A stretch of 64,000 nucleotides of DNA from Octopus sinensis (taxonomy: Eukaryota). The notes below the pieces were generated by a model. The model was not told the DNA's origin, did not search any database, and saw nothing but the letters and a program-made list of their open reading frames with translations. The DNA is taken from NCBI RefSeq assembly GCF_006345805.1, contig NC_043011.1, positions 37,398,464 through 37,462,463 on the forward strand, given 5' to 3'. Position 1 is the stretch's first letter; every line of letters starts with the position of its first letter. Below, piece after piece: positions 50,960 to 63,590 of the stretch. Both the position numbers and the translations under genes were made by a program.

Positions 50960-51185
50960 TATTAATTAGAGATAAAACCACTGTTAGGCAAATCGAATAC
51001 AAGAAATATAGCAATTTGCTTTATTAAAAAGCAGCTAAAATTTCACAAAAACTCTTGTTCAGAGTTTCACGTTCCTGTTCGTTGGTCAGTTTTGTTTGGA
51101 ATTCTAAACAAACGGGGACGTGAAACTCTGAGACACTGAGTAGCAGTTTTTGTGATATTGTTGCTGCTTTTTAATAAAGTAAATA
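50960..51185. mobile_element. Degraded fold-back Penelope-like element next to (TA)n
   Basis: Inverted pairs atttgctttattaaaaagcagc / gctgctttttaataaagtaaat and tcagagtttcacgt / acgtgaaactctga around a centre near 51100. Confidence 0.6.
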
Positions 51186-51194
51186 CACACACAC

Positions 51195-51242
<48 letters not shown>

Positions 51243-51272
51243 TATCTATATATATATATATATATAATCCGT

Positions 51273-51592
51273 GTGAAGCCTTGTGACTTAGTGGTTAGGG
51301 CATTCGGTTCACGATCGTAGGGTCCTGAGTTCGATTCCCGGCGACGCGTTGTGTCCTTGAACAAGAAACTTTATTTCACGGTGCGCCTATCCATTCAGCT
51401 GGCAAAAATGATTTGTACCTTTATTTCGAAAGGCCAGCGTTTTCACACTCTGTGTCACGCTGAATACTCCAGAGAACAACGTTAGGAGTACGTGTGTCTG
51501 TGGATTGCTCAGTCACATGCACGTTAATTTCACGATCAAGCTGTTGATCATATCAACTGGGAACCTCGTGGTCGTAACCGACGGACTGCTCC
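51273..51592 (+). mobile_element. SINE-C group element, full length
   Basis: Head gtgacttagtggttagggcattcgg, B-box gagttcgattccc, gtgtccttgaacaagaaacttt, and the 3' body shared with the 4395 and 21031 copies. Confidence 0.8.
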
Positions 51593-51605
51593 TTTATATA
51601 TATAT

Positions 51606-51685
<80 letters not shown>

Positions 51686-51727
51686 TGTATGTATGTATAT
51701 ATGTATATATGTATGTATGTATATATG

Positions 51728-51761
<34 letters not shown>

Positions 51762-52220
51762 TGTATACATGCGTCCGCATGCATAGACATTATTGAAAAC
51801 TCTAAACTCGTTGTTATAAGCATTCCTAATTAGCCTGATCTATCCTGTAACATACTGAACTCGTTGATGCATTCTTCAGAGTATTTGAGGTAAGGTAAGA
51901 TGTGAAACATCTGCAAATTAACATATATAATATTAGTTACACTGTGACGTAAGACTTCAAGTGAGATCTATTTGGAAATACTTTTCTTCTGAAATTTACG
52001 TTTAAGTTCACTACGAATGGGAATGTTGCTTCAAAGTAGGATTGCAAGAATATTTGTACCTGCGTTCGATGATGATAGTTCAGTGATGGTAACTGTGTAG
52101 AGAACGCTAATATATATGTGTGTGTGTGTGAGTGTTTATGTTTGTGTCTGTGTGTATGCATTTATGTACATATATTTACCTATATATATTTATATATATA
52201 GGTAAATATATGTACATAAA

Positions 52221-52258
<38 letters not shown>

Positions 52259-52450
52259 CATACATATAAACATACATACGTCTCTGTGTACTCGCACGTG
52301 TCAGATTGACGCAGTGGAGGGAATCAAATAATCGAAGCAGACAAAATATCCAACGTTAGAGGTCATGATAAATAGATAATAACTGATATAGAGGGAAAGT
52401 TGAGAAGGAGAGGGCAGAAATGAGAGTGAAAGTTAGAAATATATTACTTT

Positions 52451-53052
52451 AAGGCGCGGAGCTGGCAGAATCGTTTACACGCCGGGCGAAATGCCTTGCG
52501 GTATTTCGTCTGCCATTACCTGCTGAGTTCAAATTCTGCCGAGGTCGACTTTGACTTTCATCTTTTCAGGGTCGATTAAATAAGTACCAGTTGCGCACTG
52601 GGGTCGATATAATCGACTTAATCCGTTTGTCAGTCCTTGTTTGTCCTCTCTGTGTTTAGCCCCTTGTGGGTAGTCAAGAAATAGGTATTTCGTCTGCCGC
52701 TAATATTCTGAGTTCATATTCCGCTGAGGTCAACTTTGCCTTTCATCCTTTCGGGGTCGATAAATTAAGTACTAGTTACGCACTGCGGTCGATGTAATCG
52801 ACTTAATCTGTTTGTCTGTCCTTGTTTGTACCCTTTGTGTCTAGCCCCTTCTGGGTTCTAAAAAAATAGGTATTTTGTCTGCCGCTACGTTCTGAGTTCA
52901 AATTCCGCTGAGGTCGACTTTGCCTTTCTTCCTTTCGGGGTCGATTAAATAAGTACCAGTTACGCACTGGGGTCGATATAATCGATTTAATCCATTTGTC
53001 TTTCCTTGTTTATCCTCTCTATGTTTAGCCCCTTGTGGGCAATAAAGAAATA
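52451..53052 (+). mobile_element. SINE-A trimer
   Basis: One head plus three bodies joined at aaata|ggtattt (52684, 52869); TSD-like atattacttt on both sides. Confidence 0.9.
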
Positions 53053-53228
53053 AATATAATATTACTTTCAAAGACCTGACTTATAATTCAGATTGTATAG
53101 TACATACAGGGTCAGTGTCGGTCCAGGCTTACCATGCATGTCACAAGCGTTTGAAAGCAGGATAAAAAAATTTTCAAAGTCCATGTATGCAAGTATGCAA
53201 GTCACCCGTCACTAAGCTACCGATGTAT

Positions 53229-53426
53229 ACTCTTTTACTATTTTATTTGTTTCAGTCATTTTGACTGCGGCCATGCTGGAAACGGCCTTTTGTCGAGCAA
53301 ATTGACCCCATGACTTATTCTTTGAAAGCCAAGTACATATAATATCGGTCTCTTTTGCGATGTTGGGGTACACACACACACAAACATATACACAAACACA
53401 CATACACACATACATACATACATACA

Positions 53427-53462
<36 letters not shown>

Positions 53463-53635
53463 TATATATATGTATGCATATATATATATATATATATATA
53501 TACGACGAGCTTCTTTCAGTTTCTTTGGCCCGGGGCTATAGTAGAAGACACATTCCCAAGGTGCCACGCAGTGGGACTGAACCCGGAAACATGTGGTTGG
53601 TAAGCAAGCTACATACCACACAGTCACTCCTGCGC
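53229..53635 (-). mobile_element. SINE-B, full length
   Basis: Same architecture as other SINE-B copies. Confidence 0.85.
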
Positions 53636-54514
53636 CAATATTGAAGGAAACTTTCACCGTTTTGTGTCGATACATCATGGCCTGACACCAATCGCGTAGC
53701 ATTAAAGAATGACGAAACAAACTCCGACTGCCTAATCGTTGACCCAACTCGTTAACACAGATGGTTCCCATTTTATTGACCCCGTAAAGTAGAAAGGTAA
53801 TGTATACTTTACTGGCAGTTGAAATCAGAACAAAGAGAACCGGAATAAATATCCAACTTGCTACCGACAATACCAATTGCTCACGTGTATTATGCCTGAA
53901 CTGCTACATAAATAGTTGGATAGAATAAGAGCACGGATGAAGAAATAAGAAGAAAGCAATAGAAAGACAGGAAGGAAGAAACTAAGAGAGAGGTGCACCA
54001 CTAGAAAAATATTCAGTTCTTTAGATTTGTTTTCAGTTTAGAAAACCATTGAAACAGTAAGAAAGAATACAAGTCGAAATGAGAAAAAAATAAAATGGCA
54101 AAAATCTCTTGTCTTCATGGAATTTTGTATAGAATACTTAAAATAAAGAACACTCTAGCGAGAACAGATATGTCTGCTTCTCAATGATTTATTTAAGTGA
54201 GATAGTTCTACAGACTGTTGTGTGTACCTGGTATGGCAGCCATTTGTTAAATTTCCTCCATGTTTCAATAAAAAAAGGAACTCTCCACTATTTGAAGGAT
54301 GTATTTGTCGGTAAAAAGATGCCAGAAGGGAAATAAGAGAACAACGAACGTTTTAAATTGATGTTTGAAGGAAGACAGTGAAATGTATAGAAACTTTTTT
54401 TCCAACTTTTTTTTCTCTCTGGATATTTGTTTTTCTTTTTTTTTCAAAGAAATAATTGCATATAGGTGAATAGTTATGTAGATAAGCTAATGAATAGCTA
54501 CTAAAAAAACACAA

Positions 54515-54533
54515 AATAATAATAATAATAATA

Positions 54534-54602
<69 letters not shown>

Positions 54603-54648
54603 TAATAATAATAATAATAATAATAATGATAATAATAATAATAATAAT

Positions 54649-54710
<62 letters not shown>

Positions 54711-54727
54711 TGATAATAATAATAATA
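54515..54727. repeat. (AAT)n microsatellite
   Basis: Direct observation; explains the poly-I and poly-L ORFs. Confidence 0.97.
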
Positions 54728-55126
54728 ACAAAACATATATACTATATATCAGCATTAAATTTTAGAAGAAAAATTACAAAGCGAAGACATAACACTAAGT
54801 TGTGAGAGGAGAAGAAAAAATAATGCCGTGTAATATGTTTAGAAAAGAAATGAAACCCATATAAAAAAAATGATAGCAAGTTTAGGAATAACAATTACTT
54901 TAAAAAATGCCGATTTAAAGAAAAACGAGGCGAAAGAAAAATCTTCAAAATTGAAAGAGAAAGAAGTCTATTTCGTTGTTTTATCAATTTTTAGATTTGA
55001 AAGGCGCGTATTTCAATTCATTTAATATCTATTTCTCTATTATACTTTGTACGTTAGATGCGTTAAAGCTTTCTTTATTTCCATTTCCAAATTAGGTTGG
55101 ATTACAGAACTAGAAATTCTTCAAGC

Positions 55127-55165
<39 letters not shown>

Positions 55166-55630
55166 TATATATATGTGGGTCTTTCAGAGACATGCTTTGT
55201 TCCATATAAATGATTAGTCTGTCACAGTTACAGTATTTAAATTGTGCATTCAAAGTAGTTATTCTGAATGAATTCAGCACCCAGTGCGTGCATAATCCTA
55301 CATAATAATCCAATATAATATGTGTTAGTATAATGCCTTCTCGTTCTAAACTATTTGAAATTATGCTACCTTCTCATAAAATATTCGGCGCATTTAAGTT
55401 TCTGTTGTATAACAACTTTTAGACATTTCAACTCGAATTTTTCAGTAAATCATTAACCAATTATTTCCAATCTCCTACAGAGTTTCATACCTAACCATAA
55501 TTCAGTTATTCATCACCACTATTCTCCCTCGAAAATGCTAGATAAATAGTACAGAGTCTCTTTTATACTAGAGAAGTATAACCTTTGTCTTTTCAGCTCT
55601 TACTACCTTTACTGTTTAACGCCCAAAACA

Positions 55631-55796
55631 AAGGCATAGGCACAGGAGTGGCTGTGTGGTAAAGAGCTTGCTTATCAACCACATCATTCCGGGTTCAGTC
55701 CTACTGCGTGGCACTTTGAGCAAGTGTTTTCTACTATAGCCTCGGGCCAACCAGAGCCTTGTGAGTGGATATGGTAGACGGAGACTGAAAGAAACC

Positions 55797-55880
<84 letters not shown>

Positions 55881-56143
55881 GTGTGTGTACTTGTTCGTGT
55901 GTGTGTGTATGTGTTTGTGAGTATTTGTGTTTGTGTGTGTGTGTTCCCCCACCGTCGCTTGACAACCGATACTGGTGTGTTTACGTACCCGTAACATAGT
56001 GGTTCGGCAAAAGCGTCCGATAGAATAAGTACTAGGCTTAGAAAGAGTCAGTACTGGGGTAGATGTCTTCGTCTAAAGGCGGTGCTCCAGCATGGCCGCA
56101 GTCAAATGACTGAAACAAGTAAAATAGTAAAAGAGTAAAAGAG
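55631..56143 (+). mobile_element. SINE-B, full length with expanded internal (TA)n
   Basis: Head aggcacaggagtggctgtgtggt, CORE, tail (agtaaaag) repeats. Confidence 0.88.
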
Positions 56144-56731
56144 CATGTTGTCCAAAACAATGTTCATAGGACTCACCCAAATCTCCGCTCTGATTCCCCT
56201 TCACGTCACCCTTACTAAGACCCTTCGCATAAGTCATCACCATCGACATCACCACCACCAGTTCAACGCATCAACTACTTTACTACGATCCTACGATCAC
56301 CACTTTCCTGCATGGTCACGAACATCACCATCCCTGCTACAATGCACCATTATATATATCCACCAAACACAACAGCAGCCTGCGATAACCCACCCACAAA
56401 CGCATCACGCTCTTTAAGCATAGATCCACCACCGTCATCTCTACCACGCCATGTCCAACATGTTTTCTGCTCCACCAAGTAACACCAACAACACCACAAA
56501 CGTCTCCTCTACTATCACCATCACTACCACAGTGTATCCCCACACATCCACAAACACATAGAGAGCCCACCATGATGACACAGCTATACCATTCTCACGA
56601 AAAATAAATCCACCACCTGCATCGATCGCTATAAAACCACATCATGTCCGCTTATACATTCGCCTCCACCATATAACATCATCCCAAGCAGCATCACCGC
56701 AGCTACTATCACCCCCACCGCAATTCTCATA

Positions 56732-56955
56732 AATGATCGGCATTATCAATCTAATGGCGAACCGTTGTCCAACAGAAGGACAAACTAAAGCCATAGCAGA
56801 GATAATTCTCTTCCTTAATTTGCTAATTTCAGAGATAATAAATTACATTTATTTACGTTATGCAAATGAGGTAATCACATTATCTATGCTGCGACCAATT
56901 TATAAAGGAATTGGATTGGTTCTGTTCAATGAAAGAAATCTGGGAATTAGACCAT
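56732..56955 (+). repeat. Copy 1 of a triplicated ~220-bp AT-rich element
   Basis: Homologous to 59960-60175 and 61162-61385; preceded by a C/A-rich tract (56210-56730). Confidence 0.8.
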
Positions 56956-57364
56956 TTTAGACCGCCTGATGTATATCTTCCCCTCGCTTAATAACATAGA
57001 TCAACCGACCCCGAAATTTGTCACCACGTTTAATACTCGCCGACACCGGTTTATATAATTTCATTCTGACTGTTGTGGTCGTTAGTCTGGTTGCAGCAAG
57101 AGAAATACCTACCCCTCCCATTCCTCTTCCACTTCCTCCTCCTCATCATCATCATCGTTGTCGTTGTAATCGTCGTCATCATCCCCATCGACGTAGTTCT
57201 TGTCATCGTCGTCATAAACGTTGTCAGCGCCAGCGTCACAATCGTCGACATCATCGTTATCATCATCATTGCCACAATCTTTATCCTCGTCCTATTCTTC
57301 GTCGACATCATCCTTGTATAATCTCAGCAGTTGTTGCGTTAACAATATTTATATTAGTATGTGC

Positions 57365-58900
57365 TGGAGGGCGACAGACGGCTAAAATAGCGACATATCG
57401 CTTGGAATTGCCTCACTGAGTTCAGATTCTACCGACGTTGAATTTAGCTTTCATTCTTTAGAGATCAATAAAACAACTACTATTTGAGCACTGGGTGGAG
57501 GCACATGATCTAGGGGTTAGAGCAGCTGACTAGCGGTTGAGGGATCGCAGGTTCGAATCTCAGACCGGGCGATGAGTGTGTTTATGAGCGAAACACATAA
57601 GCTCCATGCGGCTCCGGCAGAAGGTAATAGCGAAATTCTGCTGACTCTTTCGCCACAACTTTCTTTCGCTCTTTCCTCCTGCATCTTGCAGCTCACCTGG
57701 GACGGACAGACGTCCCGTCCAGGTGGGGAACCATCACGGAATCTTTAGCACGCCGGGAAAAAAGGCTTAGCACCATTTTGTCCCTTTCTAAATTCTAAGA
57801 TCAAATTTCATTCATCCGTCTTTTCGCTCTGAGTAAAAACGCCGCTGCGAACGACTTTAGACTTCATCCTCTCAGAGTCGACAAACTGTGTACCACTTGA
57901 GAACTGGAGTTGCTGTAATCGACTCACCACTTTCCCCCATATGATGGCCTTCTGCAAAATCCGAAACCAATGTTAATATTACTATAAGGCGGCGAGCTAA
58001 CGGAATCTTTGGTGCGCTAGGCAAAATGCTTAGTGGTACTTCGTCTGTCTTTTCGTTCTGAGTTCAAATTCTGCCTTTCATCCTTTTGGGGTTGATAATT
58101 TAAGTACCAGTTACGTACTGGTGTCAATCTAATCGTACTGGCCCCCTCCCCCAAAACTTAAAACCTTGTGCCTAGAGTAGAAAAGACTATTACTTTAAGA
58201 CAGTGAGCGGACGGAATCTTTAGAACACGGGAAAAAATGCTTAGCGGTATTCCCACCATCTTTACGTCTTCAGTTCAAATTCTACCGAGGGCCACTTTGC
58301 CTTTCATCCTCTCGGGGGTAAATAAAACAAGTAACAGTGGGCTCTGTGGTCAGTCTAACCGACTTACCCTCCCCTTAATATTGCTGGCCTTGTGCTAAAA
58401 TTAGCAAGGACGACTATTTGTATTACTGTTTATTATATGAGTAGTTCTGATGGCGGCGAGCTGGCCATATGTCAAGCACGCCGTACCAGAGGCTTAGCGG
58501 CATTTCGTCCCCCTCTACATTCTGAGCTCTAATTCCATTCATCCGGCCTTACGTTCTGAGTACAAATGACGACGAAGTCGACCTTAAAATTGATATTTTC
58601 AGACTCGATAGACCATGTGCCAGTTGTGCAGTAGTGTTTCTGTAATCGACTCACCGGTTTCTAATACATTGATGGCCATCTGCAAAATGTTAATATTAGT
58701 ATAATTCGGTGAGCTGGCAGAATACTAAGCCCGTCGAACAATATGCTTATCGGCATTTTGTTCCTCTCTACATTCTGAGCTCAAATTCTGCGTTTCACCA
58801 TTTTGAAGTCGATAAAATAAGTACCAGTTGAGCACAGGGGGAGATTTAATCGGCTTGGAGCCCTCACCCAAAATTGCTGGCCTTTTGCTAATATTAATAG
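57365..58900 (+). mobile_element. Co-oriented array of ~6 degraded SINE-A copies, interrupted by a SINE-C (57496-57733)
   Basis: ctgagttca.attc / ttgcctttcatcc / agtaccagtt motifs recur at roughly 230-390 bp spacing. Confidence 0.7.
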
Positions 58901-59959
58901 TTCTAGTAGGAATTGTATTTTTCAAATAGTAGTAGTAGTAGTAGTAGTAGTAGTAGCAGTAGCAGCAGCAGCAGCATTAATAAGCTTGGTGAACTACAAT
59001 TAATTATACATACAGGAAATAGACAATACACACCATTACGAGTTGTCCACGAACCGCTACCCCACCGACATCAAAACCAAAATCCTAAAATTGAAGAGAC
59101 CCGCTGAATAATGGCGGGTGGTTGAAGTTTTGAAACCTTCACTCCTTATCGCGACTTTAAAATCCCACTAAAAACAGTCTAGTGCTTATATAATGCTCTT
59201 GAGCAATTAATTACTATTACTACGTAAATCACAACCACAGACATATACTGCATGCGCCCAACCATACCCACCACCATCAAAATCACAATAATTACGCCCT
59301 TTGCCATCATCACCCCTTTCTCATCGTCCATCAATTCCACCCATGCACCACGTTACCCATCCTCAGTTCACGTTACCCTTAATAACCGCATATCCAGCAT
59401 CATGCAACCGCTAGATCTATCCAACAACATTGCCAACACATATTTCTCAAACCAATACCAGATTAACACCTTAGCTCACCCCCACTACAGAACCCTTATC
59501 ATCGGAAAAAACCACTACCTCACCAGCGCCTTGACTAGACGTCATCTTAAACTACATCACCACTGCAACAAGAACACTGACAGCATAATAATCCAACAAG
59601 AAACCATATTGCACCTACCATCACCTCCGTCGCCATCATTTACTATATCACATTTTTATCATATTGCACATTGCCGCATCATCACTGCCACCACCACCAC
59701 CACCATTCCGACTGGAACCACTAATGCCGCCGCCATATCATTATGTCCTGCACTACTACACAGCCAGCCATTAAAAGCACAGCCTCTAACACCTTGTTAT
59801 CTCAGTGATCACTACCGCAGCCATACCTCGCCCAACCAGCAGGTTTTTCCTCTTCTCTCTTCATCAACACCAAACATCCGATCTCGTTACCCACCAATTT
59901 ATGTAACTCCCACCTGCAGAAACATCAAAATTTCCCCCACCAGTCCACCCAAACAATGT

Positions 59960-60175
59960 CGATGGTTTACAATATTTAGACAATGAACGGTTGTTCAACA
60001 TAATGACAAACTAAACTAAAGCATTATTAAACACAATTCTCTACGTTAATTTGCTAATTTTCCTAAATTACTTTCATTTAACGTTATGCAAATGAAGTAA
60101 TTATATAATCTATGTTGTAGCCAATTTATAAACGAACAGGAATTACTCTAATATGAAATGTACCTGGGAATTAAA
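59960..60175 (+). repeat. Copy 2 (most diverged) of the triplicated element
   Basis: Retains ttaatttgctaattt, ttatgcaaatga, ccaatttataaa and ctgggaatt; preceded by a C/A-rich tract (59240-59955). Confidence 0.7.
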
Positions 60176-60498
60176 ATATGTTCATGGCCGCTTTCATAAT
60201 ATCTTAAGTATGTTTATCCTCACTGGGATAACGGGCAATAAAGTTAATCCGCTTGGCTACTTATCTTTTCTTTAACAAGTTGTGGTGTTATCATAATATT
60301 GCGTTGCTGGTTCAACAGTCAAATATGACGATTAGCATTTAGGCCGTGAAGAACACTGGTTGCCGGAATACAGTGGTGCCCTCACACCATCGGTGCATTA
60401 CGCACAATACTTTACGGAAGGATTGTCTCGCCGAAGGTTTTCTCTCGTCTTTAAATTCCGCATCACTTGGTTTCACACGAGTAAATCGATCTTAATTA

Positions 60499-60615
60499 TA
60501 CCAGGGAATGCTGAAAAGTTCATGGCTTTAAGGATATCGCGAAAGCCCTCGTTGAAGGCCTAACAATCTAAGTTTTTTGCAGAGTTTTGAAAAACTGAAG
60601 GACCGCTACAATAAA
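60499..60615. mobile_element. Mariner MITE fragment
   Basis: taccagggaatgctgaaaagttcatggctttaagg...aaactgaaggaccgct matches the 29365 copy. Confidence 0.65.
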
Positions 60616-61161
60616 AACCACCAAATTTTCAGCACCAACTCATATGTAAATCCACAAACGAAAAGTGTGTTAGGGCTTTGTACCCTTCTTATATCAGAAT
60701 CTCGTCAACATAATCACTCCCACTGTCTGTCCAAAGAACTGCATGTTGATCATCGTTCGGGTCATGTAAAATACTTCTAGAACATATGAAACACTTGTAG
60801 AATTCGTACGTTAGAAATAAAGCAAAATGGTGCCGATATCACCACCGCTAACCCACCAAAACCTTTCCGACAAATCCTTCACTGTTACAACCGATATTAC
60901 ACAACATGAATCATAAACACATAACTGTCACACCACCACCACCACCATCCCACCGTCACCATCACCATCACCACCATCATAAACACCACCATCACCACCA
61001 CCACCATCACCACCACTATCACCATCACCACCACTACTTCTAACAATAACATATTCTGAGATAATCACATTATATTGTTGCCAATTTATAACTATTACCA
61101 CCACCCACTTCACCGTCACCTCTATCACCAACACCAACACCACCAACACGCCACCATCGTT

Positions 61162-61385
61162 AATGGTCGACATTATCAATCTAATGGCGAAAAGCTGTCC
61201 AACATAGGGACAAACTAAAGCCTTAACGGAAACAACTTGTTTCCTTAATTTGCTAATTTCAGAGATAATAAATTACATTTATTTACATTATGTAAATGAG
61301 GTAATCCCATTATCTATACTGTTGCCAATTTATAAAGGAATTGGATTCGATCTGTTCTATGAAATATTGCTGGGAATTGGGCCCT
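61162..61385 (+). repeat. Copy 3 of the triplicated element
   Basis: Close to copy 1; preceded by an (ACC/ATC)-rich tract (60840-61160). Confidence 0.8.
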
Positions 61386-62412
61386 TCTCGCCCATTTGAT
61401 GTAAATCTCCCTTTCATTCGTAATATCCTTATCTTAAGTATCCCTAACTCCATTACGATATCAGCTGAAAAACTCTGCCCAACTAATTTCTGCTTAATTT
61501 ACAGTGTTGGGTCGCTTGCTTAACGAATACCTATTTCATTATCAGTTAACCCATAAAAGAAGACTGGATGCCTCGTGTCAGAACATGAACGCATGCAGGC
61601 GGTCCACTTCATCTGAAGTTCACTTTTAAGCTTATTGCTCTCATAGACGTTGTTTAACAAGAAACCGTTGAGCTACAAGGGACATGACGATAAGTTTGCA
61701 GTTGTATGCAGTCGCTCTTTATCAGAGTGACAGCAGCGTGGAAGATCGTACAAGCTTTTGGCTGTAGAAAGGAACATAACGATGGCTTGATTAAAGTAAG
61801 TTATATAAAGTGAATTATACGTGGGCTATGTGGTGGTGACTGTGGATTTCTAAGTGCTGGGCCTATTCAAATAAAACCTAGTAACAAGCGTATTAACAGT
61901 AATAGTAGTAACATTTGTAGCAGCAAGAGCAGCAGCACCAACAACAGCAATGTGGCTGTGCATTTTACCTGTTCCACTCCCCCAGTTTGGAATTTTATTC
62001 TCATATTTTAGCAGCATTATTTGCCAACTTTAAGCTACATAAAAACTATCAGCTTCTCGAATGTCTTCGTAACTTCGATATAGGAGAAAAATGAGTTACA
62101 CTTGATACTAATAAATCATGACCTTATTGTATACCGTTCAATTCTTGTTCTTTCTTATTTTCTAAGCTTACAAACTTCCTACACTCGGAATCCCGGATCC
62201 CCTTTCTCTCTCACTATCTATACATACATACATACATACATACATACATACATACATACATACATACATAGATGCATACATACATACATACATTCATGCA
62301 CACATACATACATACATACAAACATACATACATACAAATATATATACATACATAGATGCATACATACATAGAAAGATAGTTAGTTAGATAGATAGATAGA
62401 TAGATAGATAGA

Positions 62413-63004
62413 TTTCTTTATTGGCCACTGAGGGCTAAACACAGAAGGGACAAAATACAATGTAGAGCTTTTCTTTTTGTGAAGAAGAGAAGGGGGAAAA
62501 AGAAAAAAGGGTGGGGTCCGAATTCCGATCAAACGGGGGACCGATCAATAGGTATCGAGTAACACAGAAATGTCTATGTAAAAAGGGGGAACAAATAAGG
62601 TTTGTCTGTGGCTAGAAATGACCACGGACTACGGAAAAGACCACGGGAACCTTGGGTAATAGTATCATGCAAAAGAAAACACATTACAGTAAGTGGCTCC
62701 CTTTTTTCCTTTTTTTTATTTTCCTTTTGGTTCATAGGATTATGCTCAAGATGGCTCCGTCATTCACAAGTGCCATCCGACCTACATTCACCCATCTGTT
62801 TTTGAAACATTTACTAGACAAAACTTCCCTCTCTACTCTCGCCTTCCTCCTCAATTGATACTTGAAGAAGTTGATGAGAGATTGGCCTGAGAGGAAAGTA
62901 TTTGTCTCTAGACCTTTCAGACACGTCCGCCATACACATTCTTTCGCCATAGCCATAAGTACGAGGAAAAAGCTTTCCTTCCCGTTTCAAGGAAGGAGGC
63001 GTGA
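62413..63004 (-). mobile_element. 5'-truncated Tx1/L1-like LINE inserted in (GATA)n
   Basis: ORF 62732-62956 (MAMAKECVWRTCLKGL...NFFKYQLRRKARVEREVLSSKCFKNRWV) resembles a Tx1/L1 ORF2 C-terminus; the 3' UTR ends ...gtgtttagccctcagtggccaataaagaaat; (GATA)n on both sides. Confidence 0.7.
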
Positions 63005-63027
63005 GATAAATAGATAGATAGATAGAC

Positions 63028-63073
<46 letters not shown>

Positions 63074-63449
63074 ATAGATATTTGTATGTATATTATCATA
63101 TATTTATAAATATTTATATATGTGGATGTATAAATGCAGTAATGTCTTTATGTGTATGTATATATGTATATACATGTGTGCGCTTACGTAAGAATGAGAT
63201 ATTAACTCCATACATACATGCATATACCGACACGCATATGGAAAGTCCCATACACGAAGTCATTGGTCCTAGCATACGAACTACATTGTATTTGCATCTG
63301 TTCTCATTCCTTAAAAAATCAATCTGAAACGTCCCGTAGTAATAATTCGCCATATTGCGGTTCATCTATCGTGGTTTTTAACTTACCTCGATTCCTTCAT
63401 GGTTTTGTTTTGCATTTATAATAAATTCAATACATGCAAATTATAATAT

Positions 63450-63485
<36 letters not shown>

Positions 63486-63540
63486 GATATATATATATAA
63501 TATATATATATTATATATAATATATATATATATATATATA

Positions 63541-63590
63541 AGCTCCTGATGATTTCTCTTGAATGAAACAGTTCTAGTCCTGTAGAAGCT
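63541..63590 (+). ncRNA. Type-I hammerhead ribozyme
   Basis: AGCTC-CTGATGA(63546-52)-TTTC tctt GAAT-GAAA(63565-68)-CAG ttctagtc CTG-TA(63583-84)-GAAGCT; core intact, GUA triplet, one mismatch at the base of stem II and a bulge in stem I. Confidence 0.72.

Noticed and set aside
59252-59986. 244-aa Thr/Pro/His-rich ORF
   Set aside because: It arises from a C/A-rich, G-poor degenerate repeat tract where stops are rare; similar tracts nearby are not open.
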